Shown here: positions 34,673 to 48,925 of the stretch, piece after piece
Position numbering within the stretch: the first letter of the stretch is position 1
How the letters are laid out: each line of letters opens with the position of its first letter
DNA from: Squalus acanthias
Taxonomy: Eukaryota
Length of the DNA: 64,000 nucleotides
NCBI GenBank assembly: GCA_030390025.1
Contig: CM059433.1
Span: 22,384,001-22,448,000 of the forward strand
Direction: 5' to 3'
Program-made: the position numbers and the translations under genes
Notes under the pieces: generated by a model
Seen by the model: only the letters and a program-made list of their open reading frames with translations
Databases searched by the model: none
What the model was told of the DNA's origin: nothing

Positions 34673-37222
34673 TTTACCTGCTGTCCCCTTATTTAATGAA
34701 CGCCCAGCATTGTGCCATCATATTTGCTGCTCTATCATTAGTGTGCCTTTCCTGATCATACCTGTCTTGATAATCAGTCCTGTTATAGATCCCTTTGAAC
34801 AATTTTGTGATGATTTTTGTTTCTCTGCCGCCCTGTTTTCGGTGGGAACAGGGCGACAGTGAGATGAAAATCGCAAAGAAAGCTCAGGGCTGACTTCCAG
34901 CTGTCTTTTTGGTACACTCGTGAGGTAATCACCCGCTCGTTATAGAACCCCACCTGATTTTCATTTCCATTCATTTCAACGATCCGCTCTGGCAGTTTAC
35001 CGTTCAAGCAGTAAAGGTGAAAATGACCCCCTCTGTTTTGACATTTGAGTTCGTAAGAAAGAAAAATAACAGAGGAAAGTTTTATCAGAACAAATTCTAC
35101 ATGATTTGATTGATTCAATTTCTGTTGTCTTTGGTAGATTTTACTCAGTGCTCACACAGCAGCGATTTGGTTTTGTATATTTCAGCCAATCAAAAGATGG
35201 AATGCCAAATGTGCCACATGAAATGTGATGATGACAGACAAGATTGCATGCAATCTTATAGTTTTTGTAATAATACTAGGGGCTCTTCTGTGACATTTAT
35301 AACAACAACAATGTTATATTATGTAACGCACAATGTATTATTATCAAAGCCACTGATTCACGGTGACTGAATATCTCAGATTGTGTTTTTATTATATGGT
35401 ATTCTGGAATTGTTACTAGGTTTAGATTTCTGGGACTTTTCTACATAGTTCTTTGCAACTTTAGCCCTGCTCCCTTTGATCCTAACAGATCTGAGGATGA
35501 CTGACAGATAAATGTCATATACATCTGAACACAGCTCTCCTAAAGATTTCCTAAAGTACCTATCCATAGGCTAGTAGCTAAGCAGGAGGTTATTAGGAAG
35601 TACTTTGATCAATGGCGATGACTTTGCAATTAAAATGTATTAACATATTAAGGCCACCAAGGTGCCTTCTGACTCAATTGGCCGTTCACAGAACAAAGTA
35701 AATAAACAAGGTTGCATGATCATCTAGGCTAGCAGCTGCAGTAATTAATTTTAATGGATGGAAGATTGTGCAGGGCCCACTGACCTTTGCGAAGCTCCAC
35801 GCTGGGAGCAGAAATTCATAAAATCCGCCTTTGTAGATTTACGATTCAAAATAAGATGAAACTCCATATTTGTCCAATGGTATTTTTCAGGATTGATTTC
35901 CATGTTTCTGTCCATTTTTCAATGAAAACTGTAAATTCAACAGCAACCTATATTTATATAGCCCTTATAAGGTAGGAATAAAATCCTAAAGCGCTTAACA
36001 GAAGCAAATATTTGATTATTTTATGTTCCTTTATAGTACAGGATATAAAATTGAGTCTTTACGTCTTTCTTTTTCTTTACGTGTATATAAACTCAATTTT
36101 ATATCCTATCTTTCTTAAAGCCTGGGGTACACAGCAAGATGGCAGGCAACATGTATCAAATTGATGATAGAGAGGTTCCTGACATTTAGCAGCAGCAGGA
36201 TGAAGACGCTAATCAGGTTTAACACCACTGGGTGGGGGTCCTAACCTTTGGTAACATGAGGGGTGGTCCTGGCAATTGGCAGAATGGGGTGGGACCCTGG
36301 GCCTTGGCTCCAACAGGGTTGATCGTTTTCATTGCTCAAAAAAAGACTCCAGAATTCCCTCCCCTTGTTTCTCTCTATGTACTCTACAGCTGGACAGCAT
36401 AATAAATAACTTGCACGTTTCATTAATTAGAATAGTTTTGAATTGCATACAAAGCACTGATACTAAAATGTTTAAAATTGGATTCCAGTTTGTATTTTGT
36501 TTGGAGAAACAAAAAGCTTCAAAACCATTTTACACTGAGGAAGGACATTCAGAAAAATACATTTTCCATTAGCAATTCTTAGGGATCATTTGGGGAATTG
36601 CAGGCCTACGGAGCTTGACTTTCCACTCAATTGAAATAAATGGACTGAAAATCAGGCACTACGGAGAGGAGTCCCAGGTTGTAAGAACGTTGGGTATGTT
36701 TCAGGCTATTTGATAATTTGGGAGGGGTTTAAGATGTCAGGAGTGGGGTAGGTGCTTATGTGTTATAGGAGGCTTGTGTCTGGACGTCTCAGTATATACA
36801 AGTGTTGGGAGGCATGTTGCAGGGTCTGACAGTAGTGGGAGACTGGGTTACAGGATGCGATAGCGGTGGGAAGGGGGCACTTGGATTCTGGAGAAGTGGG
36901 ACTGCAGTTGTAGGATTCAAGATTATTAGCGATGGTTTGCAATTTGGGACCGCCGTGGAGGGGGTTATAGGATGTGGTAGTACTGAAAGCTTGAGGTGTG
37001 AGAGTATTGGGGTGGGTTCCAGGGTGGTGGAAAAATGGGAGGTAGATTAGTAGTCGTGGGTGTGGGAACACTAGGATGGCACTGTTTGAGTGTGGAAACA
37101 ATGAGTTGAGTTTTGGCAGTGCTCGGAAAATGGTACTGCGTGCGATTTTTAGATCCGGGAGTGTTAGCTGTAGTTGCACTGGGGAAGTCAGTGTTTGGGA
37201 GCATTGAGAGTGGAGGGGGTAC

Positions 37223-37681
37223 AAGAAAGAAGAAAGAAAGAACTCACGTTTATATAGTGCCTTTAATGACCTCAGGACGTCTCAAAGCGCTTTACAGCCA
37301 AAGAAGTACTTTTGAAGTGTAGTCACTGTTGTCATGTAGGAAAATCAGTAGCCAATTTGCACACAGCAAGCTCCCACAAACAGCAATAAGATAATGACCA
37401 GATAATCTGTTTTAGTGATGTTGGTTGAGGCATAAAGTTGGCCAGGACACTGGGAGAACTTCCCTGCTCTTCTTTAAATAGTGTCATGGGATCTTTTGCA
37501 TCCACCTTAGAGAGCAGATGTCCTGCTTTAACGTCTCATCCAAAAGACAGCAATTCTGACAGTGTAGCACTCCTTCAGTACTGCATTAAGTGTTAGCTTA
37601 GATTATGTGCGCAAGTCTCTGGAGTAGGACTTGAATCTTCTGACTCAGAGGCGACAGTGCTACCATTGAGCCAAAGCTGAC
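37223..37681 (-). mobile_element. Full-length Deu-type tRNA-derived SINE, diverged
   Basis: Reverse complement aligns with 40810-41274, including the tRNA-like head and (TTTC)n tail. Confidence 0.88.
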
Positions 37682-38024
37682 CCCTAAATAAATAACTCTC
37701 CAATGAGAATCTTCAACAAATGCTCAGAAATTCCAAAAATCTGTTAGGTATGACCTGTTTTTCATGAACTTTCAACTAGATACTCGTAAATTGCTTCCTA
37801 TATAATAAACTCCAATATTTTCACAATATAGATGTCAAACTGACAGGTGTATAAAGGATCAAACCTCTGACATATTTTATTTAATATTGGAATCAGATTG
37901 CATTATGGGAGGGAAGAGGAATGCCATTATCTACCTTAGTCCATTCAATTACACCTCTGGCAAACTGATTATGGAGCAACAGTGATGGTGATTGCAGAAA
38001 AGCTGCTGACTTCACATCTTGTCT

Positions 38025-38146
38025 AAAGTTGCATTGCCTACACTACAACAGTCACTAGATTTCAAAAAGTACTTCATTGGCTATAAAGCGCTTTGGGACA
38101 TCTGTGCTCATTAGAGGGCACTATATAAATGCTAGTCTTTCTTTCT
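38025..38146 (+). mobile_element. SINE 3' tail fragment
   Basis: CTACAACAGT...TTCAAAAAGTACTTCATTGGCT...CTATATAAATGC matches 41170-41274. Confidence 0.8.
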
Positions 38147-40809
38147 TGTAAACTCTTTGCTGTTTTCATACATTTTTCTTGCGAAGCTTATGCGACACAG
38201 AAGCAGGTTTATAGAATATAAACTGGTGTATTGCATATAGATAAAGAAATTGAGGTTTAGTGAAACATATAAAAGAAAAGGGGTTTATCATTCATGTTCT
38301 AACTTAAAGTATTTTATTTCCTGTACAGAATTACAAAAGCCCACCATCAGTATTGGACCTTTGCATCAGCAGGACTGCTGCTTAGTGTTGACATGGCAAT
38401 CTTATAAAGCAAAGCATATACCATATTTAAACAGCAAAATGATATCGGCTAGAAACTATTTTGGCTGGTAATAGTTGATGAAGGTTTAATGCCTTTTGTG
38501 GAGCATTCCTCTGTCCTTTATTTTTAAGAGTTAAATTTAAATGGATAATGCCTTAATTAAATTAGCAGATAGAGGAATGTCATACAACTGGATTAGACAT
38601 TCATCCATTATTATCTCTAACAGTAGTCTCTAGCCACATATAAATTGATTTCCAACAGGAACTAGTCACACACACACGAGACTGCAGTTTTAGTAACATC
38701 CCAACAGCCTATGGCTCTGAAATTATGCCGAGGGATATGAATATTTGGCAGCTATCCCACTTGCCATTATGTTAGTGGTGTTTTAGTTCATTTATTTTAA
38801 ATGGTTTAAGACCCCCTGGGCTAAATGTAAATTAAGTTAAATGGATGAAAAATCAGAGGCCATGGCCTGCAATTTCCTGACTAGCGCTCCCTCTGAGCAT
38901 TGTTCCTCACCAGAAGCGTCTGATGGGGGAATCAGCCTTAATGTGTTCGATGCCTATATTCTGATCCCACTGGCATAATTCAGGAACATAACCGCCAGGA
39001 AACCAAAATCCAGCCTGAAGGCAGTTTGAACATCCTTTCTTCCTTTTTACAGTAACACTTTAAGGCAAATAACTGCATAGCGACTTTCTTATCTTAACTT
39101 TAGACAATTTTTCCTGTCAGGCTTCAGGATAGCATATGACTTATTCTGAGTAAACGCATGAATAACTGTGAACCTCAATATTATTTTTTGACAACACTAG
39201 TGAATGTCCCCCGGCATTACTTGCGGTAAGTCAGAGGTTGTGCTGTTTTATAAAGACAGGAACATAATACCATGTAAGGCGCAAAGTATTATTCTGCTGC
39301 GAAGATGCAACTGTACAATCTATAGTTCTGCTGCTAAAATGTAGATGTGTGTAATAGTTTTTTCCCCTTTAAGACCACAAGGTCAAATTGATACGTAGAC
39401 ACATCCTGAGGTTAATTGCAGACTAATTGTTCTCAAGCAGATCCAGAGATCAATGATAGGGCATTTTCTGTTCCTGAGTTATATCTTTGTAGATTCTTTG
39501 TATACCCTTGATTCCTCCCAAAGGTCAGAAGAATCCAACAGCAAATAACTGTGCACATTTGTACATAAAAATTTTCATGTGTGACTAATTATAATGCCTG
39601 AAATATGATCGACAAGTCTCAAAACATTTACGGACACTATCAGATCTCCCGTGCCATTGTTCACAGTGAGTCAGAGGTTATGATGTTACAAGAGACTGTG
39701 GAACTCATCTCCAAAAAATGTCAAAAGTTGTTTTTAAGCAATCTCCACAGAGACAGTGAAATAGGTATTTTTGATTAGTTCTTGAAAAATGAACAATGTT
39801 TTTCTTACATAGTACAGCAAGATAAAATATAAGAGTCAAACCTGCATAAATAAATCTATTTCTATGTACAATCATTGATTTTACATTTGCAGTATAGACA
39901 AAAGAGTTAGATACTGGAATCAGTTATAATATATTACAGATAGCACTTTAAAATCTGGTATAATTTTACCAATCCTTGAATATAGTCATTGAAATTTAGG
40001 AAAATTAGCTTGAATAAGTAACAGTTCTTGCTTTGCCTTGTGGAGTCTGACTAGGGAGTCAGGAGGAACAGTATTTAAACATATAGCTGCTTTAATAAAA
40101 AGTAAGTTAGATAAATAAATAACTTCCAGTATATATATTGGCCAAGAATTTCCTGGAGACTTGCGCCTTTGGAATGGTGCATCTAAGAGGTTGGATTCGT
40201 TTTACACCGTAAAAGTCCAAAGAAATTATGGCGTAAGTGAGTTATGCCACGATTTACGCCACACAATAATTTCCTGGGACTTTGCACAACTTCATAAATA
40301 CCCTCGCCAAAACCGTGCAAAATTGATCATCATAGCTCTACCCCCCCGTTAAGTCAATGGAGATTGCAAATTTCCTGCCTTTACGCCAGTTTCATTACCA
40401 GTGCCGCTCAGACTGAAAAATAATGGCCCAGGTGAATCTATTTAAACTCATGAGTTCAAAATAACTGATTAAAGTCAAATAAAATCTCTGCTCTTTCTTG
40501 ATATTTTTAATCCTTAGCTAAAACCCATCGCAACACTTCTTCGTCGTTGTGTGTTAGTTTTAGTGAATGTTGTGTGCACCGTGTAGGGCACTGAAGTGCC
40601 AACACATGCCATTGATGAAAGCGAGAGAAGGACAGAAATTCCTGCAAGCTAGTTTTCAGGAATTAAATGTTTAGTGTGGTCACAGTGCACACCAGAAGCC
40701 AGAGGCCCGAAGCTTGTTCAAAATTAGACCTCAGGCCTCATCTGAATAGTTCCGGTAAGCTGCAGGCATCTGTCGGGTTTCCTGAGGCAGCTCGGCATTT
40801 TTTTAATTT

Positions 40810-41274
40810 GTCAGCTGTGGCTCAGTGGGTAGCACACTCGCCTCTGAGTCAGAAGGTTGTGGGTTCAAGTCCCACTCCAGAGATTTGAGCACATAAAGCT
40901 AGGCTTACACTCCAGTGCAATGCTGAGGGAGTGCTGCACTGCAGGAGGTGCCATCTTTCGGATGAGACGTTAAACCGAGGCCTCGTCTGCCCTCTCAGGT
41001 GGACGTAAAAGATCCCACGGCACTATTTCGAAGAAGAGCAGGGGAGTTCTCCCCGGTGTCCTGGCCAATATTTATCCCTCAACCAACATTACTAAAGCGG
41101 ATTATCTGGTCATTAGCACATTGCTATTTGTGGGAGCTTGCTGTGCGCAAATTGGCTGCCGCGTTTCCCACATTACAACAGTGACTCCACTTCAAAAAGT
41201 ACTTCATTGGCTGTAAAGTGCTTTGAGACGTCCGGTGGTCGTGAAAGGCGCTATATAAATGCAAGTCTTTCTTC
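40810..41274 (+). mobile_element. Full-length tRNA-derived Deu-type SINE (SacSINE1-like)
   Basis: A box TGGCTCAGTGG at 40818, B box GGTTCAAGTCC at 40862, conserved body, tail CTATATAAATGCAAGTCTTTC. Family name from memory. Confidence 0.88.
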
Positions 41275-41884
41275 TGGTCTAATTTGGGCAGCAGCCTTCA
41301 GGTACGTCCGGGTAGGAAAATGGGAGGAGTTTGTGCGGGAGCTGGCAGCAGCCCACAGTAATGCTGTGGAACTAAAAGGAGCACTCCTGCTTCTCCTGGC
41401 TCCTCATTCAGGTAAGTTAAAAAGGAAAGGTCCTTTAAGGATCGCTGGTTAGGCTGCAGTAGGGACTGGAAAAAGTGAACAGAGCATGCCTGGCGCGTGT
41501 CATTTACTCTCACTCAGTTGCAGTTTTGTGCTGTGGGTTACTTTCACTACGAACTAGGTCAAAACAGCCTGAACTTGTATTACTTGGGAACCTCACAGCC
41601 AACAGACAGAGGACTCTTTCATCCCATCGATTTGGGCTGGAATCAAAGCCGGGGCAAAGAAATGAAAGGATAGTGCGCTTTCCTATTGCGCTACTCAGTC
41701 TAATATATCAACATTATACTTTTCACTTCCCACCCTCACCATGTGGCCTCTCTGACAGAAAGCCAAGTACTAATTAGTGCAGAATTTTGGCTCTTTTGTC
41801 TGGTGGTCTCCGTATTAACTGGAAGCTTTATGGCTATAAGAAAGGAAAGGATTTCAGTCTGCCAGATTCAAATCTAAATCCCAA

Positions 41885-42880
41885 CCAACAACAATAATTT
41901 ACATTCCTATAGAGCACTTCTTGCACACAGAGAAGCACCTCAGAGAATTTATAGGATGGTGGGCAATGAATGAACACCGAGTAGGAGAGAGAAAGGGAAG
42001 AGAAGATTTAGGAAGCTTTGAAAGTACAGTTGAAGAGAAGGGTCTTTGAAGGCAGAGAGGGAGGTAACAAGGCAGAGAAGCTGAGGAAGGGAATCCCAGA
42101 GGGCAGAGGAACATTGGCTAATGGGGCAACTGGTGATGGTGGAGTGGAAGGAATGAGGAACAAGAAGTAGGCTGGTGTCTGAGGAGCAAAGGGTGCATAC
42201 AGGACCAAATGGGGGAGTTTGTGCAGTTACCAAGGGAGAGGCATGGAAGGATTTGAAGGTTCTGACAAGAATCTAAAAAGTTAATTCTTGGAGCATGAAA
42301 ACCAGTGGAGCTTGATAAGAAAGGGATGATTTGAGTACTGGTCTAACTGATGGTGGGAATGTGAGTTGTGGTGTATTAAATATTTGTAATGTTTGAAGGT
42401 TGGAAGCAGGAAGTTATCAAAGAGATTGTTGCAGAAGTCCACCCTCAAGGAAATAAAGGCACACAATAGGCTTTGAGCCCCAGAGTAAGAGAGGTAGATT
42501 TGGAGAGTTGAAAGACAGCCGCTGGATTGGATGTCGGGGAGGGAGTTAAGCTCAGGGCCAAGGGGGATATCAAGGTTTCTGCACCACTGCGTTTAGCCTG
42601 AGTTGGCATCTGTGGAGATTGATGGAGTCGAGGGCAGAAGAGTGTGGGTGTTTGTGGGAGCTGAAGAAGATATCGTCAGTATTGGTGATAATTATTTGGA
42701 GGCTGTTCTGGCTCATCAGATCTTAATGTCAAACAGAGAGTTGGAGAGAGTAACAATAGCTCTGGGATCGATAGAATGATCAGCGGTATGGAAGGCAACA
42801 GAGAGGTTCAGGAAGATAAAGAGGGATAGTGAGCTGCAGTCACAATCACACAGCATATCATTGATGGCTTTGAATAGGGC
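41885..42880 (-). mobile_element. Old L2-like LINE 3' portion
   Basis: Minus ORF CAFISLRVDFCNNL...LIKLHWF resembles the L2 motifs HAFITSRLDYCNSL...LHWL; (TTG)n tail at 41885. Confidence 0.65.
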
Positions 42881-42889
42881 AGTTAGTGC

Positions 42890-43164
42890 GCGAGATGGAA
42901 ACCTGATTAGAGGACTTCACTACTGGGGGTGGAGGGGGTGGCAGTCACAAAAATATGCCATCTGCTTGAGCTGGATTTACAGACAAGTTCCAAAACAGGC
43001 ACAGCTCTGCCGGCAGCTGTCAAAGCTTTGAACTTCTATGCTACTGGATCCTTTCGTACAACAGCAGGGATTGTGCCAATTTTCGCAACAGGTAGTGCAC
43101 CAATGCATGAAGCAGGTGAAAGACGTTTTGATTGCCAGGACTAACCGCTTTATCCACTTTTCTT
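42890..43164 (+). pseudogene. Harbinger transposase relic, N-terminal part
   Basis: VTKICHLLELDLQ...TALPAAVKALNFYATGSF and, in a second frame, SQQVVHQCMKQVKDVLIARTNRFIHF. Confidence 0.8.
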
Positions 43165-45105
43165 TAATTAGTTCCTGGGATGTGAGTGTCACTGGCAAGG
43201 CCAGCATTTATTGCCCATCCCTAATTGCCCTTGAGAAGGTGGTGGTGAGCCACCTTCTTGAAACGCTGCAGTCCTTGTGGTGAAGTACTCCCACAGTGCT
43301 GTTAGGGAGGGAGTTCCAGGATTTTGGCCCAACGATGATGAAGGAACGGTGATATATTTTCAAGTTCAGGATGGTGTGTAACTTGGAGGGGAACTTGCAG
43401 GTGATGGTGTTCCCATGTGCCTGCTGCCCTTGTCCTTCTAGGTGGTAGTGGTCGTGGATTTGGGAGGTGCTGCCGAAGAAGCCTTGGTGAGTTGCTGCAG
43501 TGCATCTTGTATATGGTACACATTGCAACCACGGTGTGCCGGTGGTGCAGGGAGTGAATGTTTAAGGTGGTGGATGGGGTGCCAATCAAGCGGGCTGCTT
43601 TGTCCTGGATGGTGTCGAGCTTCTTGAGTGTTGTTGGAGCTGCACTCATCCAGGCAAGTGCAGAGTATTCCATCACACTCCTGACTTGTGCCTTGTAGAT
43701 GATGGAAAGGCTTTGGGGAGTTGGAGGTGAGACACTCGCCACAGAATACACAGCCTCTGACCTGCTCTTGTAGCCACAGTATTTATGTGGCTGGTCCAGT
43801 TAAGTTTCTGGTCAATGCTGACCCCCAGGATGTTGATGGTAGGGGATTTGACGATGGTAATGCCATTGAATGTCAAGGGGCGGTGATTAGACTCTCGCTT
43901 GTTGGAGATAGTCATTGCCCGGCACTTGTGTGGTGCAAATGTTACTTGTCACTTATCAGCCCAAGTCTGAATGTCATCCAGGTCTTGCTGCATGCGGGCA
44001 TGGACTGCTTCATTATCTGAGGAGTTGCGAATGGAACTGAACACTGTGCAATCATCAGCGAACATCCCCACTTCTGACCTTATGATGAAGGGAAGGTCAT
44101 TGATGAAGCAGCTGAAGATGGTTGGGCCTGGGACACTACCCTGAGGAACTCCTGCAGCGATGTCCTGGGGCTGAGATAATTGACCTCAGCAACCACAACC
44201 ATCTTCCTTGGTGCTAGGTCTGACTCCAGCCAGTGGAAAGTTTTCCCCCTGATTCCCATTGACTTCAATTTTACTAGAGCTCCTTGATGCCACACTCGGT
44301 CAAATGCTGCCTTGATTACAAGGGTGGTTACTCTCACCTCAACTCTAGAATTCAGCTCTTTTGTCCATGTTTGGATCAAGGCTGTAATGAGGTCTGGAGA
44401 CGAGTCCTGGCAGAACCCAAACTGAGCATCGGTGTGCAGGATATTGGTGAATAAGTGCTGCTTGATAGCACTGTTGATGACCCCTTCCGTCACTTTGCTG
44501 ATGATTGAGAGTAGACTGATGGGGCGGTATTTGGCTGGATTGGATTTGTCCTGCTTTTTGTGGACAGGACATACCTGGGCAGTTTTCTACATTGTTGGAT
44601 AGATGCTAGTGTTGTAGCTGTATTGGAACAGCTTGGCTAGAGGCGCGGCTAGTTCTGGTGCATGAGTCTTCAGCACGACAGCCGGGATGTTATCGGGGCC
44701 CATAGCCTTTGCTGTATCCAGTGCGCTCAGTCGTTTCTTGATATCACGTGGAGTGAATCGAATTGGCTGAAGACAGGTCTCTGTGATGGTGGGGACCTCA
44801 GGAGGTGGCCGATATGGATCATCCACTCGGCACTTCTGGCTGAAGATGGTTGCAAATGCTTCAGCCTTGTCTTTTGCATTCGCGTGCTGGGGTCATCATC
44901 ATTGAGGATGGGGATATTCCTGGAGCCTCCTCCTCCATTAGTTGTTTAACTGTCCACTACCATTCACGACTGGATATGACAGGACTGCAGAGCTTTGATC
45001 TAATCCGTTGATTGTGGGATCGCTTAGCTCTGTCTATAGCATGCTGCTTCCAATGTTTAGCATACCTGTAGTACTGTGTTGTAGCTTCCCCAGGTTGGCA
45101 CCTCT
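43165..45105 (-). mobile_element. 5'-truncated non-LTR retrotransposon (CR1/L2 group, distinct family)
   Basis: Minus ORFs: KAMGPDNIP, KAAFDRVWHQG, ILGVSIDQKLNWTSHI, YKAQVRSVMEY, LDTIQDKAARLI; several frameshifts. Confidence 0.9.
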
Positions 45106-45109
45106 CCAT

Positions 45110-45610
45110 GGGAACCATGCAACAGCATACGACAGTACTGTATCTTTTCCCTGTTGCATGTTTACCCAAATTAGAGGGCATTATTAATGGTACACATATT
45201 CTGATGTGGGTCCCTGCCCACAATCTTCCAGTCTTCATGGGCAAATAGGAGTTCTACTTCATTAATGCACAAGAATGCCTGTTCATTTGTTAGAGGTCAT
45301 GACATCTTCATTTAATGGAAATCTATGGTGTCACCATTATTTGAAGGGTCAGGAAGACTGGTTGAATAAGTCCTTGGGCACCAAGGATGTCCTCTATAGC
45401 CGTGGAACATCAGCTCTTGAGACAACCAGTAACAAGAGCTGAGGAGCTTTATAGTGAAGCACATGAGGACATCAGGCCACTAGTTCAAATACAACATCCG
45501 AATGTTAAAACAAAAGTTCAGATGCTTGGACAGATCAGAGATGTTGCAATATAGCCCAGCCAGGCCTCAAAGATCATTATAATATGTTGCTTATTTCACA
45601 TCACTATACC
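45110..45610 (+). pseudogene. Harbinger transposase relic, catalytic and C-terminal part
   Basis: LPKLEGIINGTHI (compare GAIDGTH), RQPVTRAEELYSEAH, MLKQKFRCLDRS, LQYSP, SKIIIICCLFH; many frameshifts. Confidence 0.72.
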
Positions 45611-46184
45611 ACGTAGTTGAAATGAGCAAAAGCCCAGCAGATCTAGATTCACCACAAATTGCATCTTCTCTGTGTCACAACTATGCCGGTATGTGTGGGG
45701 GCAGCAGAATATTTACTCTAAGGAGCTTCAGAGGGATCTAAGATCATTTATTTTACCAAGCCTATCCTGATACAATGTCACAAGCTTCTTCAATGACAGG
45801 CACGAAGGGAAATAATGTAAATTGAACAATACTGAGTGATTGGTTACGTTTGTTTATCACTAACTGTTCCTTTCTAAATTTAAGTGGTGGGCTATTCAAA
45901 ATCCAGGAAATCCCAATAACTCTTTTCTGGGATACAAAACAGAGCAGTCCTGTTCAAATTAGAGAGTTTTTTTTTAATTCTCACAGAAGGAACTGATCAG
46001 ATGAAAACTCCTGAAAGAACAAAAATGTGTTTAAATTTCCAAGCAACAGTGTAATTCTGCTTCTACAGTGGCAAGAAATTCTAGGGAAAGAAGCATTGTA
46101 TTATTTACAAGTTATTTGCAAAGGATTAGATTAGTTCTTAGAGTGATCTTTATTATTTTGCCCACTGAAGGAATTAAAAGGTAG

Positions 46185-46803
46185 GACTACATAGTATCAC
46201 ATAGTATTTACAGCACAGAAACAAGCCATTTGGCCCAACTGGTCCATGCTGGTGTTTATGCTCCACACGAGCCTCCTCTCACCCCTCTTCATCTAACCCC
46301 ATCAACATATCCTTCTATTCCTTTCTCCCTCATGTGTTTATCTAGCTTCCCCTTAAATGCATCTATGCTATTCGCCTCAACTACTCCATGTGGTAGCGAG
46401 TTCAACATTCTAACCACTCTCTGGGTAAAGAAGTTTCTCCTGAATTCCCTATTGGATTTATTAGTGACTATCTTATATTTATGGCCCCTAGTTCTGATCT
46501 CCCCCGCAAGTGGAAACATCTTCTCTACGTCTACCCTATCAAACCCTTTCATAATCTTAAAGCCCTCTATCAGGACATCCCTCAATAGAGAAAAGAACCC
46601 TGGTCTGTTCAATCTTTCCTGATAGGTATAACCTCTCAGTTCTGGTATCATTCTAGTAAATCTTTTCTGCACCTTCTCCAACGCCTCTATATCCTTTTTA
46701 TAATATGGAGACCAGAACTGTGCACAGTACTCCAAATGTGGTGTACCCAAGGTTCTATACAAGTTTAACATAACTTCCCTGCTTTTCAATTCTATCCCTC
46801 TAG
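46185..46803 (-). mobile_element. CR1 3' fragment, same family as 5600-6178
   Basis: ORF 46289..46789 KSREVMLNLYRTL...RNFFTQRVVRM. Confidence 0.92.
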
Positions 46804-48056
46804 CCTACTATAAATATATAACTGAGCTGATCTCCTGTGGAATTGCTCATGATGAGACAGTGGCTAATCAGCATCCAGAAAAAATGACTTTCGGGACATG
46901 TTGGACAGAAAACCAGATAGAGAAAAAAAATGGATAGATAACATGCTACAAGGACATCAAAAGGAGAGTCAAAAACACCTCACCGATTAGCTTTTAGCAA
47001 GTATGACAACTTTGCAAGTTCTATAAACACTTACAGATGGCAGATGGTAAATCTTTGGCTGAATCAAAATCTGTCTGAAAGAAATTAAAAAGAAGTTCCT
47101 AATCGCTTAAAAAATAAAATCAGTCGTTCAGTTGGGGAGGGGGGAAAGGTTCGTTGATTTTAATAATTTACAGTAGTTTTCTGATATCTTTGTTATTTAT
47201 AATCTACAGTTTTGTTTTAAATTTTAAAGTCTCTGATAATCTTTAAAGAAACAAAAGGGAGGGGAAGAAATGAACAAAGTGGAGGAGCATGAGGAGGCGA
47301 TTGGGAACAGGGGAAAGATCGAGAATAATGGTGGAAGGAGGATGTTGACAAAACAGGAAGCCCACAAGATGGCTACAGGTCAAAGATCATGATATCTGCA
47401 GCGAGCAGGGTAGCAGATATTGGGTCCGGGCAGACACAACATAGGTTCAGAGCAGCCAATGGGACAGGAGACATTGGATTGGAGCCAACAGAGGTAGAGC
47501 AGCCCCAATAATGAAAATATATTTAAAAAGAGGTACTATTTCAGGTTGTGTTCGGTGGTGGGTGGAGGGGAGAAAGCTTCAATAGAAGCCATGTCCGCCT
47601 GGGGTAGAAGGAACCTGTGGGAACATTTCAGGAACAGGAGACCAAATTAAGAAAAGTATTTAAATTCAAAAAGAGTTCGAGCACAGGAAGGAGAATACTT
47701 TCTATGGCAGTTAATAATATAGAAATCAGTAATTTGTCTGTAGTTGGGGATGGCTGTGTGATTGACAGGCTGCAGAGGCTGTTGACTTTTGCAGTAGAAG
47801 GTAATTAGTTGGGGGAATGGAAGAAGGAGAATTATAAAACTACTCGTGGTGGCAGGCCTGTAACTATATTATGACAGACTGGGAAATTGATGCATACGGA
47901 GTGTTTTTCCATCATAAATCTTTACATACAGATTTTCCACTGTTAAATGTTGCTATAAAAAGTGTGATTTAAAATCATGACAACAGTAAGTAAGGTTTTT
48001 AAACTGGAAGTGCATGTCATACATAATGTTTTAATACAAAACATAGATATTTTGTG

Positions 48057-48151
48057 CTCTGACAAAAGGTCATCGACCTGAAACGTTAACTCTGTTTCTC
48101 TCTCCACAGATGCTGCCTGACCTGTTGAGTATTTCCAGCATTTTCTGTTGT
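48057..48151 (+). mobile_element. Penelope-like terminal repeat fragment
   Basis: TCTGACAAAAGGTCATCGACCTGAAACGTTAACTCTG...GATGCTGCCTGACC matches 21807-21900. Confidence 0.7.
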
Positions 48152-48925
48152 TAACTGCAGTAACACTTTGTCTATCTGTCTCTGTCTCTCTTGGTCTCTC
48201 TTTCTCTATCTCTATCGCTCTCACCAACCTTAAAATTTTCTGGGTTCTGCCTTATATACCCAATTTCTCACTTCCCTTCTCCAGGGTTGGGGAAAGCCAC
48301 TCAGGATCAAAACAATACCAATCCATGCCTTTGCTGCTAACTTCTCCACTCTATCCCAATTCAGCTCTTAGGACACAGCTAAACTAAACCTATTTTATTG
48401 TCTTTAATATTGCGAGATAACTGCATGTTTCTTTGTAAAGTTTTATAGAGTGTTACCTGCCCTAGTGCGCCATCAGAGAGATTTCCCAGTGGTGGGAGGG
48501 GCAGCGATGACTGGCTGTTGCTTGATTGGTGAGTGCTTCTCAGGATGGATGTGGTTCAGTATCACCTTGTACTAGGTCATGAGATACTCTTGAAAATGTA
48601 GTCACTACATCTGACATGCAGGCCCAGACTGAGTTGGCTGCCTGGATTTGCCTTCAATCTGACACTTTGCCAGCTATTTGAGTGTGAGCAACCAATGGGA
48701 TGAAAATCGGACGATTTCTACAATGGATGGGCAATCCACTCCACCAGGCAGTGAAGGTGAAAATGACCCCCCAATGTCAACACTACTTCCAGCAGATAAA
48801 AGAATGTGAACTCACACTGTTGAATGCCATTATGATAAAGGAACAATCTAGCCCATTTTTGTTAATTTGTGTGCTATAATGAAGAAATCCTCTTCAATGC
48901 AATGCTAACCATTATGAAAACATAT

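Noticed and set aside
36763..37322. Overlapping ORFs on both strands
   Set aside because: G/T-skewed low-complexity sequence with no recognisable motifs or splice signals.
40810..40880. tRNA gene
   Set aside because: The A and B boxes are the head of a SINE whose body recurs elsewhere in the window.
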